Shown here piece by piece: positions 18,791 through 19,143 of a stretch of 19,143 nt of DNA (its first letter is position 1; every line of letters starts with the position of its first letter). Origin of the DNA: Octopus sinensis (lineage: Eukaryota); assembly GCF_006345805.1 (NCBI RefSeq), contig NW_021824903.1, positions 1-19,143 on the forward strand, given 5' to 3'. A program made the position numbers and the translations under genes. Below the pieces are notes generated by a model. It was not told where the DNA came from and searched no databases. It was given only the letters and a program-made list of their open reading frames with translations.

Positions 18791-19143
18791 TCCTAACACT
18801 TTTTAAGAATTCAAGGGTATTCTTAAAACTAAATCTAGTAGCGGGCCCCTGGTTCCGGAGCTTCAGAGTCTTGAAGAATGTGGGGCCACTTCTTAGCCAC
18901 TATTGTTTCCAAGTCTATGCTGGCCCGGAATTGTAGCTCGGATTTGTGCTTTGGCGGGGAACTTTCTTGTTGCAATTCCACGGTCACTTATGACGGAAAC
19001 GGGGTCTTTAAGTTTAGGTTGGGGTGATGATAATGGTGGTAGCACTAATAGTATTAATGCTAATGGTATGGGAGATGGCAGTGATGGTTGTAGTAGTTTA
19101 TGTTGTCGTAATGACGGTTGAGGGACGTGAATGGCAGAGAGGT

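Overview
Eukaryotic, AT-rich, repeat-saturated genomic DNA with no intact protein-coding gene that I can support. The SINE families and dense (TA)/(CA)/(TACA)/(ATT)/(GTA) microsatellites look like an octopus (coleoid cephalopod) genome; this is inference from recalled repeat sequences, not a database result. Contents: about 20 tRNA-headed SINE copies from at least three head families (called A, B and C here) with swappable tails, several in tandem arrays; a decayed minus-strand LINE ORF1/gag-like pseudogene with a frameshifted CCHC knuckle (~1125-2300); a tRNA-Asp-like pseudogene ending in (CCA)6; a decayed Buster/Charlie-type hAT transposase (~6800-7560); a 369-bp internally deleted Tc1/mariner element with ~65-bp TIRs (8023-8391); and a ~119-bp higher-order minisatellite built from triplet microsatellites. 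The most interesting object is a non-coding element at 10105-10572. It combines a tRNA-like Pol III head, an (AAT)n linker and a minimal type I hammerhead ribozyme of the Penelope-associated kind, and it sits as a foldback whose turn lies in the tRNA head. A second, unrelated foldback with a probable truncated hammerhead is at 16877-16990. Most long ORFs in the track are translations of simple repeats.
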